From NCBI RefSeq assembly GCF_009914755.1, contig NC_060931.1: a stretch of DNA of 64,000 nucleotides. One strand, written 5' to 3'. Positions 27,433 through 42,275 of this stretch are shown here, piece after piece. Below the pieces are notes generated by a model. That model did no database searches and was not told where the DNA came from. It worked only from the letters and a program-made list of their open reading frames with translations. Source of the stretch: the human T2T-CHM13v2.0 reference genome, Homo sapiens. The first letter of the stretch is position 1. Every line of letters starts with the position of its first letter. The position numbers and the translations under genes were made by a program.

Positions 27433-28227
27433 CTATCTTATCCAGTAAGGTAGGGACGCTGCTAATTCGTAGAGTACTTTTTTGCAAATTTGGAAAAACA
27501 TGCCTTTTCTGGAAAGATGCAGTCTTATTGATGTATGGCCTGGCAGCTAGAATGAAGACTGAATTTCAGCTTTCTTTATATTCCCTCATGTGGGAGCTGT
27601 AGTTCATTGTTTCATGTACATTACATAAAGCAAAACATTAAAAAAAAAAAAAAAAGAAAAAAAAAACCCTGAAGCTTTGACTCCCAACCTCATCATGAGT
27701 AAGCTTAATCTGGCAGAGTATTTAAGCTAGATGAGTCTGGAATTAGCTAGAAGACTTTTTGTTTTTTGTTTTCCTTTAAAGCAAATCTCTAATACTACTA
27801 CCACATTGCTACCAAAGGCATTACTACTTAGAGCTAGAGGAAAAGTAGAAAGAGGCTATACTGGAAGAAAATAAGAGAATGGCTGAGTAGCTCAAAGTGA
27901 ACCCAGCTCTTGCTACTTGCTAGAAAGAAAAGAAGAAATGAAAGTAGAAGTAGGTGGTTGTAGCTCCATTCATTTTTCCACTGTAGGGGAGTGGAGCGTA
28001 AGCTAGAGAGAACTAGAGAAGGCCATGCTTTTCTAAATTTCTGGGAAGAATGACTAACAAAGGGAAAAAGTGATTATGGACCTACTGTATGAGAGAACAG
28101 AACCTCTGTCCCTCTAACCACATGGATCAAGTGGGAGAAGGCATATATACAGTATTCTAGAATTTTTAATCCACTATAATATTTAATCCATTAATTAATT
28201 TTCAATCAATTATAATTGCTTATTTCA

Positions 28228-28519
<292 letters not shown>

Positions 28520-28534
28520 AGGAGATGAGAGTAG

Positions 28535-28848
28535 TTTTAGTTTTTATTTTTATTTTTTTGAGACAGAGTTTCACTCTATCACCCAGGCTGGAGTGCAGTG
28601 GCACAGTCTTGGCTCACTGAAATCCTCTGCCTCCAAAGCTCAAGCAATCCTCCCACCTCAGCCTCCAGAGTAACTGGGACCACTGGTGCACACTGCCACA
28701 CCTGGCTAATTTATTTATTTATTTTTTTTAAAGAAGTGGGGCTTCGCCATGTTGCCCAGTCTGGTCTCGAACTCCTGGGCTTAAGCAATCCGCCTGCCCT
28801 GCCCTCCCAAAGTGCTAGGATTACAGGCTTGAGCCACTACTCCCAGCC
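28535..28848 (-). mobile_element. Alu (J-like)
   Basis: Antisense dimeric Alu, ctcaagcaatcctcccacc. Confidence 0.93.
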
Positions 28849-29154
28849 TTAATTAGTTTTAATGAAACCACCACAATAAACAATAAAATATTCTTGAACT
28901 TAACTAACATTCCTATTTTCTATGGGTAAAGTATTTCAGTCTTATGCATGGTGAAATAAGGGTGAGGTGAAGTCAGATAAGGGACAGATAATAAAAAAAT
29001 TTAAATGTCAAAAATGATAATCTAGGATGAAAATACCAGAATTAGGTGAAGACCCAGTGCTGAAGAAACTTGAAAACTAGGCCAAGTGATTAGAAATATA
29101 TTTTATTGGAATGATGAAGCTGATGGTGTTTCAGATAAAATTGTTCTCTAAGAT

Positions 29155-30535
29155 TTATTTTTTTACACCTTTATTGATATGTAATTCACATACCATATAG
29201 TTTACTCATTTAAAGTGTACAATTCAGTGGTTTTGTGAATATTCAAGAGTTATATAACCATCACAATTCATTTTAGAATTTTTACCACCCAATATTTTTA
29301 CCACTCAAAAAGAAACCCCAAATCCATTAACAGTCACTTTCCTTTCCCCCCAGCTCTCCTCTCCCTTCTCTGCCATAGGCACAAATCTACTTTCTGTCTC
29401 TATACATTTGGCTCTCCTGGCCATTTCATGTAAATGGAATACAGTATGTGGTCTTTTGTGACTGGCTTTTTTTTTTTTAACTAGAGAAACGTTTTCAAGG
29501 TTCATTCATGTTGTAGCATTTATCAGTACTTAATTCATTTTTATTGCAAAATAATATTCCATTGACTTGATAATACCACATTTAGTTTATTCATTTTGAT
29601 ATTAGTTGATGGATATTTGGGTTGTTTTCACTTTTGGGCTCTTAAGAATAATGCTGCAATGAACATTCATGTGATAGTTTTTGTGTGGACATATTTTCAT
29701 TTCTCTTGGGAATATATCTAGTGGTAGAGTTTCTGGGTCATATAATAACTATGTTTAGCCTTTTGAGCAACTACTAGAGTGGTTTCATAAGCAGCTGAGT
29801 CATATTACCTATTCACGAGCAATGTATGAGGGTTCCAATTTCTTTACATCCTCATGAGCGCTTGTTTTTATCTCTTTGATTATTGAGTGGGTATGAAGTA
29901 TTTCATTTTAGTTTTGGTTTGCATTTCCCTGGTGGCTAATGATGTTGAACATTTTTTTCATGTGCTTATTGGCCATTTTTATATCTACTTTGGATAAATG
30001 AATATTCAGATTCTTTCCCCATTTTAAAATTCGGTTGTTTTATTATTGAGTTAGAGTTTTTTATGATATTCTGGACAGAAGTTTCTTATCAGATACATAA
30101 TATGTAAACATTTTCTTTTAACTTATGAGTTGCCTTTTCACTTTCTTGATAGTTTCCTTAGAAACATAAAATATTTTAATTTTGATGAAGTTCAATTCAT
30201 CTAGTTTTTTTTGTCACTTATACTTTGATCTCATATCCTAGAAGACTTTACATATTCTGAGATCATAAAGATTTACTCGTTCATCTTCCTCTAAGAGTTT
30301 TGTAGTTTTTAGTCTTTCTTATATTTAGGTCTATGATCCATTTTAGTTAATTTTGTATAAGGTGTGAGGAAGGGATATATTCATAGCTTCATTCTTTTCC
30401 ATATGGATATTTAGTTTTCTAGCATCATTTTTTGAAAAGACTAGTCTTTTTCCATTGAATGATCTTGGCATCCTTGTTGAAAATCTGTTGATCATAAATA
30501 TAAGTGTTTATTATATGGACAAGATTAATTTTTTT
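29155..30535 (-). mobile_element. L1MB-like 3' end plus ORF2 C-terminus
   Basis: tttattgatatgtaattcacataccata...aaagtgtacaattcagtgg; tttgcatttccctggtggctaatgatgttgaa. Confidence 0.85.
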
Positions 30536-31224
30536 AATGAGTGATATGCAGAATGAATTTGAGGAACACATAGAGCCAATGATAATGAGATGAGTTAGAG
30601 GAAGTACCATTGTGAAACTGTATGGACCTAAACCAGTGAAGTTTGTTGGGTGATACATGTAAAGAGACAAAGCTGAATTATTATGTCTTCAGTATGCATT
30701 TTGTGTATATTATGTGTTATATATATTATTTATATTTCCATTATAATCATTCCTTCTCTTTTATCCAATGACTTAATATTATGTTATTATTTCATACTAA
30801 CTGGACTGTGTGAAATGAATTTGGGAACAGAGGAGTCTCCTGTAAGTCTTCTCAGCTGTGAAATATCCTTGAATATCCCAAGGAATTCTCTGAAGATTGG
30901 AGTCCTGGCCCTCTTTGTTGAATTTGATTTAGCACATTAGGGTTAGACCAAGTTACTTGTATTTTATATAGCTGCCCATATTATTCCAATGTACAGCTCT
31001 GGACCCTCTGGCTTTTTATAATCAATTTCTAATGAACTGTCGTATCTTCCTATTAGTTATTAGTTGCTTAGCTTTCTGGTGTCATTTGTGATTTTCAGGT
31101 ATCATCTCTTGTTTTTGGTCTGGTTTAGTCTTTATTGGCATTCCATAGCTGCCAGGCCATTCTGCCTTGCTAGAAGACAAATATTACAATTTTTTTCTTT
31201 TTTTCTACTTAAAACCTCTTAGAT

Positions 31225-31355
31225 ATCATAAGACCATAGATCTCAGACTTATTATACTGATTGGTGAGATCTGCTCTCAGAGTGGGGCCCACTGTATTTT
31301 AAACACGTACCCCCAGGTAATTCTGATATAGATGGTTAGAGGAACTCTGCTTTCG
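31225..31355. mobile_element. MER5A1-like fragment
   Basis: gagtggggcccactgtattttaaaca...cccccaggtaattctgat. Confidence 0.5.
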
Positions 31356-31684
31356 AGTGTTTCTAAGCCAATTTGTTATTTTGGTTGCAAGGATATTAGA
31401 GGTGATTTTATTGGTATTTACCCTACCGAGTCAGTAGTGCCTAAATCCTAACATTCAGTTTTCCTCCTTATGAAACCCCTGGCAGAGGCCCATGTGAGAA
31501 AGGAATCTTGGCTTAGTAGGAGGCTAAGAGCTAATACATTATTACCTGGGCTGGTACTTCCTGGGCATTATTATCTAGCAAGTATAATAGACGCAGGTCT
31601 GGTCACATGAATTAGCTAATATTTTATTTGACATTTCCTAGTTCTACTTCCTGTCCCAAATCGTCTTTTAATTTTTAATTTGTT

Positions 31685-32416
31685 TTTTTTTCAGGCTTAT
31701 TGAAGTATAATTAACAAGTAAAAATTGTGATATTTTGATGTGCATATACATTGTGAAATGAGTGTATCATTAACATATTCATCAAGCTAATTAACATATT
31801 CATCAGCTCACATAGTTAATTTCGTGTGTGATGAGAACATTTAAGGTCTACTCTACTAGTGAATTATAAGTACACAATATGTTATTGTTAACTATACTCA
31901 CTATGCTATACATTTGGTCTCCAGAATTTATTCATCTTATAACAGAAAGTTTCTACTCTTTGACAAACCTCTCCCCATTTGCCCCACTCCCCCCAGTCCC
32001 TGATAACCAGCCTTCTACTCTGTTTTTGTGTGTTTGACTTTTTGAGATGCCACATATATATGAGATCATGCAGAATTTGTCTGTGTCTGACTTATTTCAC
32101 TTAGCATAATGTCTTCCAGATTCATCCATGTTATTGCAAATAATAAGATTTCCTTTTTTAAGGCTGAATAATACTTTATCATGTGTGCGTGTGTAAAATC
32201 ACATTTTCTTTATCCATTTATCCATCAACAGACACTGGGTTTTTTTTTCCATATTTTGGCTATTGTGTATAATGCTGCAATGAACATGGAAAATACTGAT
32301 TCCACATAGTGATTTTATTTCCTTTGGATATATTCCCAGAAGTAGATTGCTGGATCATGTGGTAGTTCTAGTTTAATTTTTGAGGAACCTCTATGTTGTT
32401 TTCTATTATGGAATGT
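31685..32416 (-). mobile_element. L1MA-like 3' end
   Basis: ttattgaagtataattaacaagtaaaaattgt...gagatcatgcagaatttgtc. Confidence 0.85.
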
Positions 32417-32985
32417 ACCGCGGCACAATAAAGTCCACATATGACAAGCCCACAGCTAACATCATACTAACGGTGAAAAATTGAAAACATTACCTTTAAG
32501 ATCAGGGATAAGACACAGATACTCTTGCCACTTATCAACATAGTACTGGAGTCCTAGCCTAATAATTAGACAAGAAAAAGAAGTAAAAGGCATCCAGACG
32601 GGAAGGGAAGAAGGTAAACTATTCCTGTTGTAGATGACATGACCTGATTAAAGAAAATGCTAAAGCATGCACCAAAATTTGTTAGAACTAATAAATAAAT
32701 TCAGCAAACTTGCAGGATCAACTTTACTGAGTGGACAACGTACAAAAATCAGCTGTATTTTACACACTAACAGTGAACTACCTGAAAAATTAAGAAAACA
32801 ATCCCATTTCCAATAACATCAAAAAGAATAAAATACTTTGTAATATATTTAACTGAGGAAGTGAAAGATATGCACACTGAAAACTGTAATACATTGGTGA
32901 AAGAAATTGAAGAAGACACAAATAAATGGAAAGATACCTCGTGTTCATGGATTGGTAGAATATTGTAGAAATGTCCGTACTAGCT
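32417..32985 (+). mobile_element. L1 ORF2 RT fragment in opposite orientation (probable 5' inversion of the adjacent L1MA)
   Basis: atatgacaagcccacagctaacatcatact (YDKPTANIIL), gtagatgacatg (DDM), aaatggaaagatacc. Confidence 0.8.
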
Positions 32986-33456
32986 ATCCCAGATCTAAAT
33001 ATGTAATAAACATTTCAAGTATTCAGGGAAATAATACAATGCCACTTCTTTAGAGGAGATCACCTAATATTTACAAGTAGAAGAGCTAAGATAAAACAGA
33101 AAAGAGTACCTTCTCACCTTTTCATCACTGATGCTGTCTGCAGTGAATATATTGTTAGTGGTGAAGACCAAACTATATTAAAGTTTAAGGGATGCAAATA
33201 AGCATGAGAATGAGCATGGGAAACCAGCCCCAAAATTCAGTCTTCAAGATTCATTAAAAGTTAAAACCACAAAAGGCAGAAAAAGAATTGAAGACAAACG
33301 TTGGAAGAAAGTACAAAGGCAAAAAATAGAAAAAAAGTAGCAAATATTGTAGATATTAGTCAATATTTGTTACTTTTGAATGTCAGTGGTTTAAGTACAT
33401 CAGTTAATCACTTTGAATGTCAGTGGTTTACATGCATCTACTAAAAGACAGAAATT

Positions 33457-33490
33457 GCTGGGCATGGCGGCTCACACCTGTAATCTCACT
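33457..33490 (+). mobile_element. Alu 5' stub
   Basis: gctgggcatggcggctcacacctgtaatctca, then an abrupt switch to L1PA. Confidence 0.75.
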
Positions 33491-33494
33491 GCTG

Positions 33495-35797
33495 TCAGGC
33501 CCTGGTGTGTGATGTTCCCCTCCCTGTGCCCCTATGTTCTCATTGTTCAACCCCCACTTACGAGAGAGAACATGTGGTGTTTGGTTTTCTGTTCCTGTGT
33601 TAGTTTGCTGAGAATGATGGTTTACAGCTTCATCCATGTCCCTGCAAAGGACATTAACTCATCCTTTTGTATGGCTGCATAGTAATCCATGGTGTATATA
33701 TTCCACATTTTCTTTATCCAGTCTATCATTGATGGGCATTTGGGTTGGTTCCAAGTCTTTGCTGTTGTGAATAGTGCTGCAGTAAACATAAGTGTGCATA
33801 TGTCTTTACAGTAGAATGATTTATATCCTTTGGGTATATACCAAGTAATGGGATTGCTAGGTCAAATGGCATTTCTAGTTCTAGATCCTTGAGGAATCTC
33901 CACACTGTCTTTCACAATGGTTGGACAAATTTACATTCCCACCGGCAGTGTAAAAGCATTCCTATTTCTCCACATCTGCTCCAGCATCTGTTGTTTCCCG
34001 ACTTTTTAATGATTGCCATTCTTACTGGCGTGAGATGGTATCTCTTTGTGGTTTTGATTTGCATTTCTCTAATGACCGGTGATGATGAGCTTGTTTTCAT
34101 AAGTTTTTTGGCCACATAAATGCCTTCTTTTGAAAAGTGCCCGTTCATATCCTTTGCCCACTTTTTGATGGGGTTGTTTGTTTTTTTCTTGTAAATTTAA
34201 GTTCTTTGTAGATTCTGGATATTAGCCCTTTGTCAGATGGATAGATTGCAAAAATTTTCTCCCATTCTGTAGGTTGCCTGTTCACCCTGATGATAGTTTC
34301 TTTTGCTGTGCAGAAGCTCTTCAGTTTAATTAGATCCCATTTGTGAATTTTGGCTTTTGTTGCCATTGTTTTTGGTGTTTTAGTCATGAAGTCTTTGCTC
34401 ATGCCTATGTCCTGAATCATATTGCCTAGGTTTTCTTCTAGTGTTTTTATGGTTTTAGGTCTTACATTTAAATCTTTAATCCATCTTGAGTTAATTTTTG
34501 TATAAGGTGTAAGGAAGAGGTCCAGTTTCAGTTTTCTGCATATAGCTAGCTAGTTTTCTCAACACCATTTATTAAATAGGAAATCCTTTCCCCATTGGTT
34601 GTTTTTGTGAGGTTTGTCAAAGATCAGATGGTTGTAGATGTGTGGTGTTGTTTCTGAGGCCTCTGTTGTGTTCCATTGGCTTATATATCTGTTTTGGTAC
34701 CAGTATCTTGCTGTTTTGGTTACTGCAGCCTTGTAGTATAATTTGAAGTCAGGTAACATGATGCCTTCAGCTTTGTTGTTTTTGCTTAGGATTATCTTGG
34801 CTATATGGGCTCTTTTGTGGTTTCATATGAAATTTAAAGTAGATTTTCAAATTCTATGAAGAAAGTCAATGGTAGCTTGATGGGAATACATTGAATCTGT
34901 AAATTACTTTGGACAGTATGGCCATTTTCATGATATTGATTCTTCCTATCCATGAACACGGAATGTTTTTCCATTTGTTTGTGTCCTCTCTTATTTCCTT
35001 GAGCAGTCATTTGTTTTTCTCCTTGAAGAGGTCCTCCACATCGCTTGTAAGTTGTATTCCTAGATATTTTATTCTCCTTGTAGCAATTGTGAATGGGAGT
35101 TCAATCATGATTTGGCTCTCTGTTTGTCTATTATTGGTGTATAGGAATGCTTGTGATTTTTGCACATTGATTTTGTATCCTGAGACTTTGCTGAAGTTGC
35201 TTACCAGCTTAAGGAGTTTTTGGACTGAGATGATGGGGTTTTCTAAATATACAATCATGTCATCTGCAAACAGAGACAATTTGACTTCCTCTCTTCCTAT
35301 TTGAATAGTCTTTATTTCTTTCTCTTGCCTGATTGCCCTGGCTAGAACTTCCAATACTGTGTTGAATAGGAGTGGGGAGAGAGGGCTTCCTTGTCTTGTG
35401 TCGGTTTTTAAAGGGAATGCTTGCAGCTTTTGCCCATTCGATATGATATTGGCTATGGGTTTGTCATAAATAGTTCTTATTATTTTGAGAGATGTGCCAT
35501 CAGTACCTAGTTTATTGAGTGTTTTTATCATGAAGAGGTGTTGAATTTTATCGAAGGCCTTTTCCACATCTATTGAGATAATCATGTGGTTTTTGTCATT
35601 CGTTCTACTTATGTGATGGATTATGTTTATTGATTTGCATATGTTGAACCAGCCTTGCATCCCAGGGATGAAGCCAACTTGATCATGATGGATAACTTTT
35701 TTGATGTGCTGCTGGATTTGGTTTGCCAGTATTTTATTGAGGATTTTTGCATTGATGTTCATCAGGGATATTGGCCTGAAATTTTCTTTTTTTGTTG
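33495..35797 (-). mobile_element. L1PA fragment (ORF2 RT to partial 3' UTR), tail missing
   Basis: ORF 35007-35762 encodes the RT core ([20 protein letters not shown]); downstream frames broken. Confidence 0.95.
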
Positions 35798-36390
35798 TGA
35801 AGAGTCATTTTTTAGAAAATATTTTGACCTCATTGAAAATGAAAATAGATCATGTTAAAAATTTTGGGATGCTGTAAAAGCAGCGCTTTGAGGGAAATTC
35901 ATATTATTGAATGCATATATATTAGAAAAGAAGAAAGATCTAAAATCAGCTATCTAAGCATCTTCATTAGGAAACTATAAAAAGGAGAGGAAATTAAATC
36001 CAAAGTAAGGAGAACAAAAGAAATAATAAAAATTAGGGCAGAATTCAGTGAAATTGAAAACAGGAAATCAGTAGAGAAAGTCAGTAACACCAAAAGCTGG
36101 TTCTTAGCAAAGATCGATATTTTTGATAAGCCTCTAACCAGGCTAAGAAAAAAAGAGAGATGACACAAATTAGTAATATTAAAAATGAGAGAGAAAAATT
36201 CACTGTGGATGGCATGGGCACTAAAAGGACAATAAAAGAATATTATGAGCCCCTCTGTGCCCACAAGTTTGACAACCAAGATGAAATAGACCAATTTTTT
36301 CCAAGGTGTAAATCTGTCAAAACTTTACAAGAATCGGCAATCTGAATAGGCCTATATCTAGTAGAGAAATTGAATCAATATTTAACAACC

Positions 36391-36535
36391 AGCTGGGCAC
36401 AGCAGCTCATGCCTGTAAACTCAGCACTTTGGGAGGCCAAGATGGGCAGATCACTTGAAGCCAGGAGTTTATTGCCAGCCTGGCCAATATGGTAAAACCC
36501 CAATTCTCTAAAAATACAAAAAAAAAAAAAAAAAA
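36391..36535 (+). mobile_element. Alu left-arm monomer
   Basis: Monomer plus A tail; TSD ttaacaacc. Confidence 0.88.
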
Positions 36536-38065
36536 TTAACAACCTTCAAAAAGAGAGAACAACACAGGGCCAGGTGGATTTACTGGTGAATTCTGCCCAA
36601 CACTTAAGGAAGAAAGTGTACCAATCCTCTCCTATCTCTTCCAGAATATAAAAGCAAAGATAATAAATACTTCGTGTTCCATTCTATGAGGCCACCAGAA
36701 CTCTAACACCAAAATCAGACAAAAATGTTACAAGAAAAGTAAACTATAGATTAATATCTCTCATGAACATAAATGCAAAAACAAATATATATCAATATGT
36801 ATATTGATATATACAAATATATATCAGTAAAATATTAACAAATCGAGTCCAACAACATATAAAAGGAATTATATACAGAGACCAGGTGGGATTTATCCCA
36901 GGTATAGAAGGCTGGTTCAACATTCAAAAGTCAATGAATATAGTCCATCACATCTGCAGGCTAAAGAAGAAAAATAACATGATTATATCAGTAGATGCAG
37001 AAAAAAGCATTTGACAAAAATCATCCATTTATGAGAAAAACTCTAAGTATACTAGGAGTAGAGCAGAATTTTCTCAACTTGAAAAAAAATACCTACAAAA
37101 CACCTAGAGCTAACATTATATTTAATAGTGAGAAACTAAAAAACTTTCCTGCTAAGATTAGGAACTAGACAATGATATCCTTTCTTACAGTTATTTTCTA
37201 GCTAATGCAGTAGGATAAGAAAAATAAATGAACAATACACAGATTTGGAAGGAAGAAGTAAAAGTCTTTGATCACAATGACATCCTTGTCTATGTATAAC
37301 TGTTCAAAAATAGAGTAAAAAACCTCTGAAAATTGATAAGCAATTATAGCAAGGTTTCAGAATACAAGCTTATTATACAAAAGTCATTCATTTTCCTATA
37401 TAACAGCAATGAGCAAGTAGAATTGGAAATTAAAAACATATTAAAATTCATTTCTGTTAACACCCCTAAAAATGAAATACTTAGGTATAAACCTAATAAA
37501 ATCTGAAGTCTGTATGAGGAAAACTACAAAACTGTGATCAAAGTTTTGAAATAATTAATAAATGGTAAGATATTCTACATTCATGGATAAGAAGATGTCA
37601 GTTCTTCCCTACTTAATCTAAAGATTCAATGAAATTTCAATCCAAATTTCAGCAAGTTAATTTGTGTATATCAACAAATTGATTCTAAAGTTTATATGGA
37701 AAGACAAAAGACACAAAATGGCCAACTTAATATTTAAGGGAAATAACAAAGTTGGAGGAGTGACATTAGTTGACTTCAAGACTTACTATAAAGCTTCAGT
37801 AATCAAGACTGTGTGGTACTGGCAAAAGAATAGACAAAGAGATCAGTGGAACAGAACAGAAAGCCCAGAAATAGACCCACATAAATATACTCAACTGAAC
37901 CTTGCAAAGGAGCAAAAGCAATACATTAGAGAAAATACAGTCTTTTCAACAATAGTACTGGAATAACTGGACATCCCCCTGCCAAAAAAAAAAAAAAAAA
38001 TCTGAAGAAGTACCTTACACCCTTCACAAGAATTAACTCAAAATGAATTGCAGACCTAAATGTAA

Positions 38066-38443
<378 letters not shown>

Positions 38444-39676
38444 TAGAAACAACACCAAAGGCATAATCTATGAAAGAAATAATTGATAAGCTGCACTTCT
38501 TTTAAATCAAAAACTTGTGTTTTGTGATAAGTAGTGTTAACGGAATGAGAAGAGAAGCTATAGACTAGGACAAATATTTAAAACAGATAAAACTAATAAA
38601 GGACTGTTATTTAAAGTATACGAAAAGCTCTTAAAACCTAAATAATAAGAAAACTATAACTTGATTTTAAAATGCTCAAAAGACCTGATCATACGTTTCA
38701 CCAAAGAAGATATACAGAAAACAAGTAAGCATATGAGAAGTTGTTTAATATCATGTTATGAGAGAATTGCTATTTAAAACAATAATGAGATACCACTATA
38801 TACCTGTTACAATAGCTAAAATTCAAAACACTGACAACAAATGCTGACAAGGATGTAGAGCAATAAGGTGTCTCATTCATTGCTAGTGGGAATGCAAAAT
38901 GGTACAGCCACTCTGGGGGACAGACTGACAGTTCTTTAATGAAAATAAACACACTCTCATGATCTGACCCAGCTGAAAACTTTTGTCCACACAAAAACTT
39001 ACACATAGATGTTTATAGCAGTTTTATTTATAACTACTCCAGTTTGGAAGCCACCAGGATGTCCTACACTGGGTGAATGTAAAAAGTGTGGTAGATCCAG
39101 ACATTGGAATATTATTCAGTGCTAAAAAGAAATGAGCTGTCAAGCCATGGAAGACATGGAAGAATGCATATCAGTAAATGAAGGAAGCTAATGTGAAAAG
39201 CCTACATACTTTATAATTCCTATTATCTGACTTTCTTGCAAATGCAAAACTATGGAGACAGTAAAAAGATCATTGTTTGCCGGGGATTTGGTGGGAGGGA
39301 GGGATGACTAAGTGGAGCACAGAGGATTTTTTTAGGGCAATGAAACCATTCTGTATGATACTATAATGGTGGATACATGTCATCCATCATACATTTGTCA
39401 AAACCCGTAGAATGTGCAATACCAAGAGTGAATGCTTATGTCAGCTGTGGGCTTTGAACAATAATGATGTGTCTTTAAAGGTTTTTTTTTTTTTCTGTAA
39501 TATGTGAACCACTATCATGTAAGATGTTGATGGGTTGATGGGGGGAGACTGTGCATGTGTGCAGACAGGATCTATAGAGAAGCTCTCCAAATTTCCCACT
39601 TAATTTTGTTCTGAACATAAAAAAACTCTACAAAAGGAAAGTTTATTAATTTCCAAAACAGGTAGGAGAAGGGTAA

Positions 39677-40078
<402 letters not shown>

Positions 40079-40667
40079 TGAAAATCATTCTGATGAGAAG
40101 CATAATCTCTTAAAATCCCTTAATAAGAGAATGCTAAATAATTCCAGGTAAATTGTTATTTTGATATGTAATCTATTCTATGTTTACATTAAGTTAATAT
40201 TTTACAGTAAAGATCCATGCATTCTTCTTTCTAATTTATATTATAAGGCTTTCAAAGTTGAGTGAATTGTGTCAAATTTTTAACCCATTTACAGCTTCCG
40301 TTTTGTCCCATATGTTATAAATCAAGGCAAATAAAAATTCTTATTTAAACCTTCCTCTCCTCACTATGTACGCTCAAGTTTTTGTCCTCATTTTGTTTCT
40401 TTTTAATTCTGGAGCAACCTTTCACTTTATCTGAGAACTAAAATTCTGTCCCTTTTCTTGAAAAATAAACATTTATCCTATTACATCACCTACATAGTTA
40501 CACTTTTTCTTAAAACTGTCCCTGCTAAAATAGACTCAGTTACCCATATTACCATTGTTAATTAACTTGTATTTAACCTTCTCTGGTGGATAGGAACTTG
40601 ATAATAATGCCTATCATGCACAAGCAATTTAGGTGACTAGGAAATATCATTCTCTACAGCCACACCC

Positions 40668-40980
40668 TTTTTTTTTTTTTTTTTTTTCTTTGAGGCAGAG
40701 ACAGTCTCACTCTGTCCTCCAGGCTGGAGTGCAGTGGCACTATCTCAGCTCACTGCAACCTTCACCTCCTGGGTTCAAACCGATTCTCCTGCCTCAGCCT
40801 CCCAAGTAGCTGAGACTACAGGCACCTGCCACCATATCCGGCTAATTTTTTTATTTTTAATAGAGGTAGAGTTTCACCATATTGGCCAGGCTGGTCTCGA
40901 ACTCCTGACCTCAAATGATTCACTCACCTCAGCCTCCCAAAATGCTGGGATTACACGCATGAGCCACTGCGCGCCCAGCC
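40668..40980 (-). mobile_element. Alu (S-like)
   Basis: Antisense dimeric Alu. Confidence 0.96.
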
Positions 40981-41444
40981 TCACATACATTATATTTATG
41001 TCTTCAAGTGACAAGAATGAGCACATTCATTAACATGATATAAAATCATGGTAACATCGTAACATTTTAAGGTAAGAAGTAGAGTTGTATATTGTAAGCG
41101 CTATGCTTGCTATTCAAGATCTTGAAGTTAAGTACACAAGAATCTTAGAAATCACATTTCAGAGGACACTAAAAAATGTAATTATTGATATAAAACATTG
41201 TTAGAATCATGATTCAGTTCAGTCAAACAGTTTTACTTTTTTATCATTTTAAGCTTTAGGTATGGATATCATTAGCTTATCTGATCAATACACTATTATC
41301 AGAATTTTAAGAAGTTCAGGTTAACTAGTATTTTCTGAAAACAGAAACTCAACATCCCTACAAAATTATGGAGAAAACACAGCTATGTATTTCAGACAAA
41401 ATTTTTAAATCAGTCTGATTTGTCCAAAGAATCAGTTTTTAGCT

Positions 41445-42275
41445 TTAAATTTTTAAACAGTTTTTAATTGATACCTTATATTGGTACATATTTATGTGGT
41501 ACATGTGATATTTTCTTACATGCATCGAATGAGGAGAATTGTTGTTAGTTCTTGCTTGAAAGTTTGGTAGAATTTGGCATTGAAGCCATCCAGTCCTGGA
41601 CATTTCTTTGTTGGGAGACTTTATTACTGAGTCAATCTCATTACTTATTATTGATCTGTTCCAGTTTTTTATTTCTTCCTGATTCACTCTCAGTAGGCTA
41701 TATATGTGTATCTAGAAATTTATCCATTTCCTCCAACTTTCCAGTTCATTAAGATTTAGTTGCTTATAATAGTCTTTGATGAACTTTTGTATTTCTGTAG
41801 TATTAGTTGTAATGTCTGTTTTCTGTTTCTGTTTCTGATTTTGTTTATTTTGATCTTATCCTTTTCTTGGTTGCTTTTTTAGTGTCCATTTTGTTTAATT
41901 CTAGTTTTTATTATATGTTTCCTTCTACTCATTTTTAGTTGTGGTTTTTTTCTTTGTATTTTTTTTTATGTAGAGTTTATGGGTATCAACTTTCCTCTTA
42001 GCACTGCATTTGCTATCTACCATAGGTTTTGGTAAGTTGTGTTTCCATTTTCATTTGTTTCAATAAATTTTTATATTTGCTGCTTAATTTCATCATTGAT
42101 CCAGTGTTTGTTCAGGAGCATAGTTTTAAATTTTCTTGTATTTGTACATTTTTTAAAAAGTTTCTCTTGTTACTGGTTTTTAGTTATATTCCATTGTGGT
42201 CTGAGAAGATAGTTGATGTGATTTCATTTTTTAAAAATTTGTTGAGGCTTGTCTTGTGGCTTAACACATAGTCTA
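41445..42275 (-). mobile_element. L1MA-like fragment: 3' tip fused to early ORF2
   Basis: Minus-strand translation [24 protein letters not shown] is joined directly to terminal 3' UTR sequence. Confidence 0.8.

Noticed and set aside
27430-27666. Unique sequence ending in cataaa and a long A run, a possible 3' UTR retrocopy
   Set aside because: No TSD and no recognisable source; cannot be supported without a search.
31080-31104. ttttCAG|GTATCA recursive-splice-like motif near mid-intron
   Set aside because: Weak regenerated donor and a modest pyrimidine tract.
35007-35762. Longest ORF (251 aa), a reverse transcriptase
   Set aside because: Fragment of a truncated L1PA ORF2 with broken downstream frames; not a host gene, retron or active element.
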